Origin: a virus
IMG/VR virus record: IMGVR_UViG_3300025137_005002
Location: 12,479-76,478 of that record
Direction: 5' to 3' (one strand)
Length of the DNA: 64,000 nt
In this document: positions 1 through 10,360 of the stretch, one piece after another
How positions within the stretch are numbered: the first letter of the stretch is position 1
Layout of the letters: each line of letters begins with the position of its first letter
The notes under the pieces: generated by a model
Seen by the model: the letters and a program-made list of their open reading frames with translations, nothing else
What the model was told of the DNA's origin: nothing
Databases searched by the model: none
Made by a program: the position numbers and the translations under genes

Positions 1-72
1 GAAGATGAGTGGCATCAAGTAGTTGGACCACACGAGACATGGGATATCTTATTACAAAAGTATACGGACTAA
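1..72 (+). CDS. 3' end of an upstream gene (partial)
   Basis: Frame 1 open from window start (EDEWHQVVGPHETWDILLQKYTD) to TAA at 70-72, immediately before the ATG at 74. Confidence 0.55.
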   Translation, partial: EDEWHQVVGPHETWDILLQKYTD

Positions 73-73
73 T

Positions 74-1426
74 ATGGAACCTGCTGATCCACAAGTAATG
101 AAAAGAAAACTGAATTCAGTTGGCCCTGGATTCTGTTTAGCCAAGTGGACTCAACTTACACTTAACTTACAAAATGGAACTGCTCACAGTTGTCATCACC
201 CACCTGTACACCAAGTGTCTAAAGATGAAATTAAATTAGATCCTAGTTCATTACACAATTCAATATTTAAAAAACAACAACGTAAAGATATGCTCGAAGG
301 TGGCAGACCTAAAGAGTGTGACTACTGTTGGAGAGTTGAAGATGCAGATCCAAATGCATTAAGTGACAGACATTTAAAAAGTGCATTTAGTTGGAGCAAC
401 GAACACTTTGATAAAATTAAAAACAATGATTGGAGTACAAACTTTCAACCTACTTATGTAGAAGTAAGTTTTGGTTATGCTTGTAACTTTAAATGTATGT
501 ATTGTAGTCCTGCTATTAGTAGTGCATGGATGCAAGAAGCAAAGCAACATGGAAGTTTTCCAACCTCTGATAATTACAATGATATCAAATGGTTAGAACG
601 TTCAGGTCGTATGCCGATACCTGAAAGAGAAGAGAATCCATATGTAGATGCATTTTGGAAATGGTGGCCCGACTTATATCCTGCGTTACATACTTTTCGT
701 GTTACAGGCGGTGAACCATTAATGAACAAAAATACTTTCCGTATGATGGATTGGATTATTAATACTGATACACCTAATACAAATTTATTGTTAGGTATTA
801 ATAGTAACTTTTGTGTTGACGACAAACTGTTTAATAAGTTTATTAGTCAAGCACACAAAGTAGTAGATAGTAACAAAGTTCGCAAGTTAGAAGTTTATAC
901 AAGTGCTGAAGCAGTTGGTAATAAAGCAGAGTATATTAGAACTGGATTAGATTACAAGAAGTTTTTTGCTAACGTAGAACGTGTACTAGAAGAATTTAAA
1001 GATAATAATAAATTTATTATTACGTTTATGTGTACTTACAATGCATTGAGTGTAACAACATTTGGTGGCTTCTTAAAAGACCTTATTAAGTTAAGAAAAA
1101 AGTATGGCAGAGATTGTATGTATATTGATATACCATTCTTAAGATATCCCGAAATGATGGACGTTAAAATACTTCCTGGTAGTTTCGAAGAGTATATGAT
1201 TAGTACTGTAGACTACATGGAACAGATGGAAACTGAAGGATTAGTACATAGTAGCGAAACTGCTAAACTTAAACGTATTATAGAATACTGGCGCAGTCAA
1301 CGTACTGTAGACCATAGCAATCATAGAAAAAACTTTAAAGTTTATACTAAAGAACTTGATATTCGCAGAAGCACTAACTTTAAAGAAGTTTTCCCAGAAT
1401 ATGCGGGTTTCTACGATGCAATTTAA
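74..1426 (+). CDS. Radical SAM protein with N-terminal twitch domain (type A)
   Basis: FCLAKW..SCHH..CDYC N-terminal Cys cluster, CNFKCMYC motif, TGGEP; start moved to ATG 74 after upstream stop. Confidence 0.9.
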   Translation: MEPADPQVMKRKLNSVGPGFCLAKWTQLTLNLQNGTAHSCHHPPVHQVSKDEIKLDPSSLHNSIFKKQQRKDMLEGGRPKECDYCWRVEDADPNALSDRHLKSAFSWSNEHFDKIKNNDWSTNFQPTYVEVSFGYACNFKCMYCSPAISSAWMQEAKQHGSFPTSDNYNDIKWLERSGRMPIPEREENPYVDAFWKWWPDLYPALHTFRVTGGEPLMNKNTFRMMDWIINTDTPNTNLLLGINSNFCVDDKLFNKFISQAHKVVDSNKVRKLEVYTSAEAVGNKAEYIRTGLDYKKFFANVERVLEEFKDNNKFIITFMCTYNALSVTTFGGFLKDLIKLRKKYGRDCMYIDIPFLRYPEMMDVKILPGSFEEYMISTVDYMEQMETEGLVHSSETAKLKRIIEYWRSQRTVDHSNHRKNFKVYTKELDIRRSTNFKEVFPEYAGFYDAI

Positions 1427-2621
1427 TACAATTTACATAAATAACATTAGTAAAGAAATTAACCAGCATACTGTTGATGCAATATCAACTAACTGTTATG
1501 ACACTTTAAATGCTGGTACTATGTCCTATGTAGACGAATCACTACATTCCTTGGGCATTAACAATCCGTATTTTATATTTAATGGACCATGTGAATGGTT
1601 CGGATCTTGGTCGGATTCGCGGATAAACTTCGAAGCTCATACCGAAGTGTACTTCTTCCTCTATGAAGTGTTATCAGTATGGCACAATCACTCCAGATAT
1701 AATTGTCCAGATGGTAGTATAAAAAAAGAATGTAAAATCAATGAATTCGAAATGATACAGAACTGGTGCAACAAGCACAACGTTAGTAAGTTCTCTATAT
1801 TTACAAACGAGTATCGTATGTTAGAACAATTACAAAATACAAAATACACCAACTGGGCAATATATCCTTTAGATACATTTAGTCTAGGTTACTGCAAACT
1901 AAATCGTGAACCTAGCAATAATATTCCAGAACAACTTAATTATAAAATAAACTGCTTTACATATCGCTGGGATCAGCACAGACACGCGGCAGTTTCATTT
2001 ATACATAATACACTTCCTAATGATAGTACTATAACACACTGGCATAGAACAGATGATGTATTACTTAAATTTCCGTTAAACACTAGCAAACATTTTGAAG
2101 CATATAGTAAAGGTTGTAAAAGCCTTATGGATTTGTTGCCTATAACAAGAACTGATGCTGAAACTGAATTAGTTAGTATGCAGGATTTTGTTAACCCAAG
2201 TAAAGGAACAATAAATAATATAGCAGGATCAGATAACATAGAAGAAGCATACGAATCATCTTTTGTTACTCTTGCTTGTGAAACTAATTATGAATATCCT
2301 TGGGGACAAATAAGTGAGAAAACTTTAGATCCTATAAAGCAAGGATCTCCAATATTATTATTAGCAGGACCACATAGTTTAGATTTATTAAAACATTGGG
2401 GTCTAAAAACATTTCACGAATTTTGGGACGAAGGCTATGACGAAGAACTAGACCCAATCAAACGAATGGACAAAGTATTTGATATCATTATTGATATTAG
2501 TAATCAATCATATAAAGAACTTACTATAATAAGAAAACATATGAAGCCTATACTTGTCCACAATCGGAACTTAATTAGAACTGGTGCAATTAGAAAACAC
2601 ATAACAAAGGTATTAGCATGA
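1416..2621 (+). CDS. Putative glycosyltransferase (GT-B/GT10-like C-terminal domain)
   Basis: C-terminal ET..ISEKTLDPI..PILLLAG..LK.WG.KTF.EFWDEGYD motif seen in phage GT-like proteins; ATG 1416 overlaps upstream stop. Confidence 0.5.
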   Translation: MQFNTIYINNISKEINQHTVDAISTNCYDTLNAGTMSYVDESLHSLGINNPYFIFNGPCEWFGSWSDSRINFEAHTEVYFFLYEVLSVWHNHSRYNCPDGSIKKECKINEFEMIQNWCNKHNVSKFSIFTNEYRMLEQLQNTKYTNWAIYPLDTFSLGYCKLNREPSNNIPEQLNYKINCFTYRWDQHRHAAVSFIHNTLPNDSTITHWHRTDDVLLKFPLNTSKHFEAYSKGCKSLMDLLPITRTDAETELVSMQDFVNPSKGTINNIAGSDNIEEAYESSFVTLACETNYEYPWGQISEKTLDPIKQGSPILLLAGPHSLDLLKHWGLKTFHEFWDEGYDEELDPIKRMDKVFDIIIDISNQSYKELTIIRKHMKPILVHNRNLIRTGAIRKHITKVLA

Positions 2622-3763
2622 ACATAGGTTGGTTTGGTTTAGGCAAACTTGGAATGATTAGTTCTGAGATGTTAGTTAAGAAGGGGCATACAGTTACAGG
2701 GTATGACAAGGAAGAACGCTTTAGTGGGCTTGTACGAGTGTCTAAGACACCAAAAGAAGCAGTAGTAGGACAGGACTTTGTCTTTGTTGCAGTACAAACT
2801 CCACACCATAAAGACTATGGTGGAGAGAAGCCTATAACACATTTGCCAAACAAAGACTTTGGATTAGACCCTGTCAAAGAATGCTTAAAAGAAATTAACA
2901 AATATGCAACAGAAAATACTATTGTTGTTTTAATCAGTACAATACTTCCTGGAACAACAAGAAGAGAATTCGCAGGCTTATTAGATAAAGCAAGATTAAT
3001 TTATAACCCATACTTAATTGCTATGGGCACAGTTGCTTGGGATATGGTAAATCCAGATATGGTTATCATTGGAGGCAACAAACCAAACGACACTGATGCA
3101 AAAGCATTAATAAAATTTTACAAAACAGTAATGGAGAATGATCCGCATTATAATATTGGTACATGGGAAGAAGCAGAAGCAACAAAAATATTTTATAACA
3201 CATTTATTAGTGCAAGGTTAAGTCTTGTTAATATGATTCAAGACGTTGCCCAAAGTGTTGGGAATATGAATGTTGATGTTGTAACAAATAGTTTAAGTAA
3301 TGCAGGATACCGAATTACCAGTGCCGCTTATATGAAAGCAGGCATGGGCGATGGTGGACCTTGTCACCCTAGAGATAATATTGCCTTAAGACATTTAGCG
3401 GAACGATTAGACCTAGGTTATGACTTGTTCGACGCGATTGCCAAAAGTAGAGAAGTACAAGCCGAACGTATGGCAAAAGAAATATTAAAACATGGAAAGC
3501 AAATTTGCTTTACAAGTGATACATATAAGCCAGGAGTAACATACACTGATGGATCTTATGCACTACTAGTTCAACACTATATTGGAAAGTTGGGTGGAAT
3601 GATTGTTAATGGTTTCGACCATGCAGTTGAAGTTATGGTTATAACTCACCCAACTGACCATAACTTTAATGTTGATAAAGCAACAATAGTTTTTGATCCT
3701 TGGCGTACATACGAAGCCAAAGACCCAAACGTGAAAGTAATACATTATGGAAACACTAGATAA
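2618..3763 (+). CDS. UDP-glucose/GDP-mannose dehydrogenase family protein
   Basis: GxGxxG Rossmann start, AVQTP, STILPGTT, YNP, EATKIFYN, GDGGPCHPRD catalytic Cys, YKP. Confidence 0.9.
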   Translation: MNIGWFGLGKLGMISSEMLVKKGHTVTGYDKEERFSGLVRVSKTPKEAVVGQDFVFVAVQTPHHKDYGGEKPITHLPNKDFGLDPVKECLKEINKYATENTIVVLISTILPGTTRREFAGLLDKARLIYNPYLIAMGTVAWDMVNPDMVIIGGNKPNDTDAKALIKFYKTVMENDPHYNIGTWEEAEATKIFYNTFISARLSLVNMIQDVAQSVGNMNVDVVTNSLSNAGYRITSAAYMKAGMGDGGPCHPRDNIALRHLAERLDLGYDLFDAIAKSREVQAERMAKEILKHGKQICFTSDTYKPGVTYTDGSYALLVQHYIGKLGGMIVNGFDHAVEVMVITHPTDHNFNVDKATIVFDPWRTYEAKDPNVKVIHYGNTR

Positions 3764-4274
3764 ACTTCAACCTCTAGAATATCATACAGTAGAAATTTCT
3801 CCAACTTGGGAAATAGGAGACTACGAAGAGTTTGATTACAAAAGAGTAGAGTATGGAGACTTTAAGCAATTAGCAAAATGGAAGACTGCTGGCTTTACAC
3901 ATGATAACTTTACTGGTATGATGTTTAATGACCAAAAAAGTATTCCACAATGGGCAAAGAATATAGCAACAGTATTAGAATGGAAAGACTGCGGTTTTAC
4001 ATTTTACAAAATGACTACTGGAGATATACTACCGCCACACTCAGACCACTTCAACAAGTATAAAGAACTTTTTGGAATAGAGTCAAGTGATGACGTATTA
4101 CGTGGTTTGGTATTTTTAGAAGATAAAAAGCCAGGACACATTTTTGAAGTAGACCAGTATAGTATGAACTGGCACAAAGGAGGTGCCGTTTTATGGAGAG
4201 GTAGAGTTCCCCATAGTGCAGGCAATATAGGATATGAACCAAGATACACGTTACAAATTACAGGACATTATTAA
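3747..4274 (+). CDS. 2OG-Fe(II) oxygenase-like protein
   Basis: HxD (PPHSD), distal H (PHSAGN) and RYTLQITG strand typical of DSBH oxygenases. Confidence 0.7.
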   Translation: METLDKLQPLEYHTVEISPTWEIGDYEEFDYKRVEYGDFKQLAKWKTAGFTHDNFTGMMFNDQKSIPQWAKNIATVLEWKDCGFTFYKMTTGDILPPHSDHFNKYKELFGIESSDDVLRGLVFLEDKKPGHIFEVDQYSMNWHKGGAVLWRGRVPHSAGNIGYEPRYTLQITGHY

Positions 4275-4935
4275 TCTAGATATTCTAGAGTTATTAAAGG
4301 ACTACGGCGTTGGGTGGAATAATCCTTACGACATCATATACGAGTTTGAAAAAAGACTCGCTGAATACACAGGTGCACCTTATGTAGTTACAACAGATTG
4401 TTGTACACACGCACTTGAACTAGCCCTACGTTGGTATAAAAAGAGACACCCTAGTCATGTACCTTCAATAAAGATACCTGACCAAACATACCTTAGTATT
4501 CCAATGATGCTTGAAAAGGTTGGACTTTCTTTTAGTATTACTGAAGAAGAATGGATTGGTGAGTACCAGTTAGGACCTAATCTTCCTATATGGGATAGTG
4601 CTAGAAGATTACAAAAGAATATGTACGAAGAAGAAACGTTCAAATGCTTGAGTTTTGGACACGGTAAACCATTGACAATTGGCAAAGGAGGTGCTATACT
4701 ATTAGATAGTAGAGAAGCCTATGATTGGCTAATTCGTGCCAGGTACGATGGTAGAGATCTAAAAGTTTCTCCTTGGGATAAAGAACACTACGAAACATTG
4801 GGTTTTCATTACTATATGTCACCAGACCAAGCGGCGATAGGTATAGTTAAGTTAGACCAATACAAAGAAACTGCTCCTAAGAAAGTAGCATATCCAAGTA
4901 TTAAGAAATGTTTCATGATAGGGAATAATAAATGA
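4234..4935 (+). CDS. DegT/DnrJ/EryC1/StrS family PLP aminotransferase (short)
   Basis: FEKRLAEYTGAPYVV..CTHALELAL, WDSA, CLSFGHGKPLTIGKGG (PLP lysine), GFHYYM; start uncertain. Confidence 0.85.
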   Translation: MNQDTRYKLQDIINLDILELLKDYGVGWNNPYDIIYEFEKRLAEYTGAPYVVTTDCCTHALELALRWYKKRHPSHVPSIKIPDQTYLSIPMMLEKVGLSFSITEEEWIGEYQLGPNLPIWDSARRLQKNMYEEETFKCLSFGHGKPLTIGKGGAILLDSREAYDWLIRARYDGRDLKVSPWDKEHYETLGFHYYMSPDQAAIGIVKLDQYKETAPKKVAYPSIKKCFMIGNNK

Positions 4936-5936
4936 TTATAGAATCACATAATGAATGGGATCCATTAAAGAAAGTTATACTAGGAGATGTGCATGGTGCA
5001 AGATTTCCAAAGTACGATGATGTTTTTAATGAAGTTGCTAAACATAGTAAGTGGACAGAAACTGCACAACCAGTTGGACCAATTAACCAAGACATTATTG
5101 ACTTAACAGATCACGAGTTAAGACAGTTTGAAAAAGTATTAGTTGAACTAGGAATTGAAGTTTTACGTCCAAGACAATTAGACTTTCAACAAACTGTACA
5201 TGGATACAGATACTTTGCAGATGGTTTTTATAATTACTGTCCTAGAGATGTTATCCTTGTAATAGGAAACGTTGTAATTGAAACACCAGTATTGTTTCAT
5301 AGTAGGTTTCATGAAACAGAAGCATACCGTGACATTAGACACGAAGCAATGAAGTCAGGTGTTAAATGGATTAGTGCACCAAGACACGCACTACCAGTAC
5401 ATGAAGTATTTGAAGATGGTAAACTTACAGAGAAGACTCCAATCTTTGATGCGGCTAACGTAATGCGTTTTGGTAATGACTTATTATACTTAAAAAGTCA
5501 AACAGGTAATGCCGCAGGTGCCCAATGGTTAAGTACAGTACTTGGACCAGAGTACACAGTTCATATATGGGAAGACGTTTATGCGTATGCTCATATTGAT
5601 AGTACTATCGCGGCACTTAACGAATCAACTCTTTTAATTAACAAACAAAGAGTTAAGCCATCACAGTTACCAAAGTTTTTAAAGAAGCATAAACGAATTT
5701 GGGTTGACAGTGTAGAGGATATGGAGTTTCACAAATATCCATATGCTAGTAATTGGATTGGAATGAATGTGTTAAGCATTGATCCTAAAACAGTTGTCGT
5801 CGATCCTAGACAACCAAAGTTAATTAAGAAATTAGAAAAAGCAAAGTTTGAAGTTATACCTGTACAACTTACACACAGTCGTACATTAGGTGGCGGACAT
5901 CATTGTGCAACATTAGATTTGGAGAGACGAGCATAA
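4932..5936 (+). CDS. Amidinotransferase, StrB1 (inosamine-phosphate amidinotransferase)-like
   Basis: HNEWDPL, YCPRD, FDAANVMRFG, HIDST, WIGMN, LTHSRTLGGGHHCATLD (Asp/His/Cys triad). Confidence 0.92.
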   Translation: MIIESHNEWDPLKKVILGDVHGARFPKYDDVFNEVAKHSKWTETAQPVGPINQDIIDLTDHELRQFEKVLVELGIEVLRPRQLDFQQTVHGYRYFADGFYNYCPRDVILVIGNVVIETPVLFHSRFHETEAYRDIRHEAMKSGVKWISAPRHALPVHEVFEDGKLTEKTPIFDAANVMRFGNDLLYLKSQTGNAAGAQWLSTVLGPEYTVHIWEDVYAYAHIDSTIAALNESTLLINKQRVKPSQLPKFLKKHKRIWVDSVEDMEFHKYPYASNWIGMNVLSIDPKTVVVDPRQPKLIKKLEKAKFEVIPVQLTHSRTLGGGHHCATLDLERRA

Positions 5937-7444
5937 TGTTAACACTAGGAGTTAGTTCAGGATTTCATGATGCCGGATTGGCAGTTGTCGAAGACGGTGA
6001 AGTAGTATTTGCTGGACACAGTGAAAGATACAGTAAACAAAAACACGACAAAGACTTACACCCTGATATTATTAAACAAGCATTGTCATATGGCAAGCCT
6101 GATGTTATTGGGTTTTACGAAACTCCTTGGCTTAAGAAGACTAGAGAGTTATATGCCGGACAAGGTATGTTTGGTGATCGTTCAAGTACATGGACAACTA
6201 AAGGTGCGTTACGTCAACAGTTTGGAGACTTACTTCCTAAAACAAAAATTAAAACATATAGACATCACCAAAGTCATGCGGCGGCAGGATTTCAAACAAG
6301 TCCTTATAATGATGCAACAGTTGTTGTTATCGATGCTATTGGAGAATGGGAAACTATTACTATATGGCACGCCGAATATGATGAGAAGATGAATGCAGTA
6401 TATAAAAAATTGTACAGTCAAAAGTATCCACATAGTATTGGATTATACTATAGTGCTATGACACACAGACTAGGCTTACGTCCACTTGATGAAGAATACA
6501 TTATGATGGGCATGGCTGGTTGGGGTTTACCTACACACTCAAGTAACATACGACAAGCACTAGTACGTGATGATGCTAACACAAAATTTACACAAAACTT
6601 GCACATTGGAGTTGACAATGACTTCTTAAAAGACGTAAACGAATATGAGATAGCCGCAAGTGCTCAAGAAGTTGTTGAAAAACTTATTGATAATGTAATG
6701 GCTAGAGCAAGAGGGTTTAACAAAAGTCGTAATTTAGTTTACATGGGAGGCGTTGCTCTTAACTGTTTATACAATCGTAACTTAGGTAAGTTCTTTGATG
6801 ACGTTTGGATTATGCCTAATCCAGGAGACTGTGGAAGTAGTTTAGGTAGTGCCGCATTAGCATATGGAAGTAGACTTAATTGGGAAACACCATTCTTAGG
6901 AACACCTATTGTTGGCAAGTATCCATCTGAAGAACTAATAGACGAACTACAAAAGAATAAAATTGTAGGAGTAGCAAGTGGTAAAGCAGAGTTTGGTCCA
7001 CGTGCATTAGGTAATAGAAGTTTATTAGCAGACCCTAGAGGTGCAGAAATAAAAGATAAAGTAAATGAGATTAAACGTAGACAAAAGTTTAGACCATTTG
7101 CTCCAATGATATTAGCAGAACACGTTAATGAATATTTTGAAATGCCAGACAAGTTACCAACTAGTCCTTATATGCAAGTGGTAGCAAAGTGTAAAAAGCC
7201 AGAAGAGTTTCCGGCTATTATACACGTCGACGGAACAAGTCGTGTACAAACAGTAGACGAACACTTTCCAAGTGGTGTCAGAGAACTATTAGAGAAATGG
7301 TATGTACTTACAGGCTGTCCTATATTACTTAATACAAGTTTAAATATTAGAGGTGAGCCAATGGTTGATACTAGAGCAGATGCAGATAGATTTGAAAAAG
7401 AATATGGTGTAAAAGTTTGTAGTGATGGTGCAGTAAATGTTTGA
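5936..7444 (+). CDS. Carbamoyltransferase (NodU/CmcH/TobZ family)
   Basis: HDAG, ERYSKQKHD, HHQSHAAAG, DAIGE, GGVALNC, PGDCG, EFGPRALGNRSLLADP, RPFAP, HVDGTSRVQTV, LNTSLN; TAATG coupling. Confidence 0.95.
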   Translation: MLTLGVSSGFHDAGLAVVEDGEVVFAGHSERYSKQKHDKDLHPDIIKQALSYGKPDVIGFYETPWLKKTRELYAGQGMFGDRSSTWTTKGALRQQFGDLLPKTKIKTYRHHQSHAAAGFQTSPYNDATVVVIDAIGEWETITIWHAEYDEKMNAVYKKLYSQKYPHSIGLYYSAMTHRLGLRPLDEEYIMMGMAGWGLPTHSSNIRQALVRDDANTKFTQNLHIGVDNDFLKDVNEYEIAASAQEVVEKLIDNVMARARGFNKSRNLVYMGGVALNCLYNRNLGKFFDDVWIMPNPGDCGSSLGSAALAYGSRLNWETPFLGTPIVGKYPSEELIDELQKNKIVGVASGKAEFGPRALGNRSLLADPRGAEIKDKVNEIKRRQKFRPFAPMILAEHVNEYFEMPDKLPTSPYMQVVAKCKKPEEFPAIIHVDGTSRVQTVDEHFPSGVRELLEKWYVLTGCPILLNTSLNIRGEPMVDTRADADRFEKEYGVKVCSDGAVNV

Positions 7445-8108
7445 TATTATCTTTATGAGTTACGAAGAACCAAATGCAGATAAGCATTGGGACATTGTAA
7501 AGAAAAAGTTTCCATGGAGTAGAAGAAGTCATGGAGTAAAAGGATTACCAAACGCACATCAAGCCTGTGCTAAAATGGCTCGTACAGAAATGTATTATGT
7601 TATAGAAGGCGACAATCTAATTAGTGAAGACTTTGATCCAAGTTTTAAACCAGACAAGTATGGCAAAGATGCAGTGTATGTTTGGCGAGCTCGTAATAGT
7701 GTTAACGATTTAGTTTATGGATACAGTGGTATTAAATTGTTTCCAACGCAAAAAGTATTAGACGTTGATGTGGATAAAGTTGTAGACTTTACTACTGCAA
7801 TTAGTACAAAGTTTGTACCTTATCAAGTTGTAGGTAGTACAGTACATTATGATACTGATCCTTTCAATACTTGGAAGGCGGCATTTAGAGAGTGTACTAA
7901 ACTAACAAGTAAAGTAATACCTGGACAAAAGAACGATGAAGATGATGCTAGACTTCGTACATGGACTACAATAGGCAATGGAGACTTTGGAGACTTTAGT
8001 ATTGCTGGAGCATTGTCTGGTGCAGAGTATGGAAAATACAACAACGACTATAAAAATATTAATGACTGGAAATGGTTAGAGGAAAGATTTGAACAAGAAA
8101 CAAATTAA
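7437..8108 (+). CDS. Putative glycosyltransferase (GT-A-like)
   Basis: DIIFMSYEEPNAD..W, HGVKG..AHQACA, YVIEGDN (DxD-like), YGYSGIKLF, WKAAFRE. Confidence 0.55.
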   Translation: MFDIIFMSYEEPNADKHWDIVKKKFPWSRRSHGVKGLPNAHQACAKMARTEMYYVIEGDNLISEDFDPSFKPDKYGKDAVYVWRARNSVNDLVYGYSGIKLFPTQKVLDVDVDKVVDFTTAISTKFVPYQVVGSTVHYDTDPFNTWKAAFRECTKLTSKVIPGQKNDEDDARLRTWTTIGNGDFGDFSIAGALSGAEYGKYNNDYKNINDWKWLEERFEQETN

Positions 8109-8796
8109 CTTTGTAGACGATAATGATTTATTTGGTCGTATTGGTTTACTTACAGGCGACACATTATTCAACGACTTGCGTAAAGCGAGTGATAACTTAA
8201 ACGCAGACTTTACTGATGCGTTAAGTTGGGGACAATTAAAAAGCAAACGTTGGTTAGTAGACGAGCTAGTTCGTACAGGTGAAGAATTAAGAACTGTATT
8301 TGTCCTAGGAGGATGGTACGGTACGTTAAGTGCTATGTTGTTTAATACTAATATGGTTATTCATTACATAAGAAGTTTTGATATAGACGAAGGATGTCAA
8401 CCTATTGCTGATGCAGTTAATAATACCCATGTACAAAACAACTGGAGATTCAAAGCAGTTATAGAAGATATGCATAATATAAACTATGACGCACACACTT
8501 GGAGTTGTTGGAGTACTAAAAATAGTCGTATGAGTTTTCCAGTTACAGATAGACCCAATACAATTATAAACACTAGTTGCGAACATATAGAAAAGTTTGG
8601 AGAATGGTATTACAATATACCTAAAGGAAAGTTATTAGTATTACAAAGTAACAACTATGATAAGTTACCTGAACACGTTAATTGTGCAACAGGGTTAGAA
8701 CACTTTAGTGAACAGACTCCAATGAGTAAAGTTTTATATCAAGGCGAATTGCCATTAAGCAAGTACACTAGATATATGAGAATAGGAATTAAGTAG
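8089..8796 (+). CDS. Class I SAM-dependent methyltransferase-like protein
   Basis: VFVLGGWYG motif I, SFDID, INTSCEH. Confidence 0.65.
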   Translation: MNKKQINFVDDNDLFGRIGLLTGDTLFNDLRKASDNLNADFTDALSWGQLKSKRWLVDELVRTGEELRTVFVLGGWYGTLSAMLFNTNMVIHYIRSFDIDEGCQPIADAVNNTHVQNNWRFKAVIEDMHNINYDAHTWSCWSTKNSRMSFPVTDRPNTIINTSCEHIEKFGEWYYNIPKGKLLVLQSNNYDKLPEHVNCATGLEHFSEQTPMSKVLYQGELPLSKYTRYMRIGIK

Positions 8797-9080
8797 TGGG
8801 ATTTAATTTTTGGCAATCGATCCCACAACAAGAAAGGACAATCAAAATGAATGAAGTATTCATCCCCTATAGTTTTAGAACACGCAGAGGTGCTAGAATT
8901 ACAAATGAAAGATATACAGAAGGCAAAAGCCTTTGGGAATCAACAAAAGAGTTTTGCAAGAACAATGTAAAGAACAAGTATGTTGTAGACAATACTGTTT
9001 ACGGTAAAGGTGTTCGTGTTGAACTTGAAGATGAAGCAGACGTAGAAGTGATACACGCATGGATCAACAAGAACTCATAG
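8796..9080 (+). CDS. Hypothetical protein
   Basis: ORF coupled to upstream stop; alternative ATG at 8847. Confidence 0.55.
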   Translation: MGFNFWQSIPQQERTIKMNEVFIPYSFRTRRGARITNERYTEGKSLWESTKEFCKNNVKNKYVVDNTVYGKGVRVELEDEADVEVIHAWINKNS

Positions 9081-9292
9081 AAGGATTATCTACGAGAGAA
9101 TTGCAAAAGGAAAGTGCAAAAGCACTAGCCACGATGAGTGCAACCAGTGTTAACATTCATCAGTTTAACAAACAAGCACACCATAATAGTTGGAACTGGT
9201 ACAAAGCAGTAATAAAATGGTATGTAGAACAACACGGCGACTTACCCAGCAAAGTCGGACCAGGTAAAGATGTAAGGCTTATATGGGAGTAA
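9059..9292 (+). CDS. Hypothetical protein
   Basis: ORF within coupled gene run. Confidence 0.6.
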   Translation: MDQQELIEGLSTRELQKESAKALATMSATSVNIHQFNKQAHHNSWNWYKAVIKWYVEQHGDLPSKVGPGKDVRLIWE

Positions 9293-9510
9293 GAGTAATT
9301 AAGTATGCCAGTGCTTGTTTTATTTTAGTAGCAATGGTATTTCATGTAGCAGGTATTACTCCTTGGAATAGTATACTGCAATTAATAGGAGCATCAGGTT
9401 GGGTCTACGTAGGATATAAATGGAATGAGAAAGCAATTATACTTAACTTTCTTCCACAGTTCTTTATAATCATACCTATGCTTGTTTATATATATTGGAT
9501 AATAAAATGA
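9283..9510 (+). CDS. Small membrane protein
   Basis: Three hydrophobic segments. Confidence 0.65.
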   Translation: MGVRVIKYASACFILVAMVFHVAGITPWNSILQLIGASGWVYVGYKWNEKAIILNFLPQFFIIIPMLVYIYWIIK

Positions 9511-9608
9511 TAGAAGATATGTTTTTTATAAGTGACTTTGAAATACTAGTTTATACACTAGTGTTTGGTATAGGATTTTTACTTTACATGATGTGGAATG
9601 AAAGATGA
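9507..9608 (+). CDS. Small membrane peptide (33 aa)
   Basis: ATGA overlaps at both ends; one hydrophobic stretch. Confidence 0.5.
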   Translation: MIEDMFFISDFEILVYTLVFGIGFLLYMMWNER

Positions 9609-10360
9609 ATATAACAATAGCAGGATATGGATTTGTAGGCAGAGCAGTAGATACATTTGTTGGAACTAAACATTCAACGTTTATTGTAGACCCTGCTTAT
9701 AATGAAAATACAATATCTTCAATGAGTTGCGATGCAGTTATTATATGTGTAAGTACACCAGCAAATACAAACGGTAGTTGCGATATGACTAACGTTATTA
9801 ATGTAATTAGCGATGCACCGGATGTACCTATATTAATAAAGAGTACAATCAGTATAGAAGGCTGGCGTAAACTTAAAGAACTGTTTCCTAAAAAAGACAT
9901 AGCATTCAGTCCAGAGTTTCTAAGAGCTAACACTGCCGAGTTAGATTTTGTTTCACAAGATAAAATGTATGTAAGTGAAAGCACTAATCATTTTTGGGTT
10001 GAATTCTTTAAAGGAATAAAACCAACACTATCTATTTTTTATGGCAATGCAGAAGAATTAATTATAACAAAGTATATGCGTAATAGTTTTTTAGCAACTA
10101 AAGTAAGTTTCTTTAATCAAGTATTTGACTTATGTGAGTCATTAGGTGTAGACTTTGAAACTGTTAGACGTTATACTACAGAAGACAGTCGTATAACAGA
10201 CAGTCATAGTTATGTAACAGACGAACGAGGATTTGCTGGACATTGTTTTCCAAAGGATACTCAGGCTATATTAAAAACTGCAAACGAAGCCGGCTATGAT
10301 TTAAGTCTAGTTAGAGAAGCAGTACAGTATAATGAAAGAGTTAAGTGGACTAAGAAATGA
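9605..10360 (+). CDS. UDP-glucose 6-dehydrogenase-like protein lacking the C-terminal domain
   Basis: GYGFVG, ICVSTP, IKST, FSPEFLR, KYMRNSFLATKVSFFN, GFAGHCFPKD. Confidence 0.85.
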   Translation: MNITIAGYGFVGRAVDTFVGTKHSTFIVDPAYNENTISSMSCDAVIICVSTPANTNGSCDMTNVINVISDAPDVPILIKSTISIEGWRKLKELFPKKDIAFSPEFLRANTAELDFVSQDKMYVSESTNHFWVEFFKGIKPTLSIFYGNAEELIITKYMRNSFLATKVSFFNQVFDLCESLGVDFETVRRYTTEDSRITDSHSYVTDERGFAGHCFPKDTQAILKTANEAGYDLSLVREAVQYNERVKWTKK

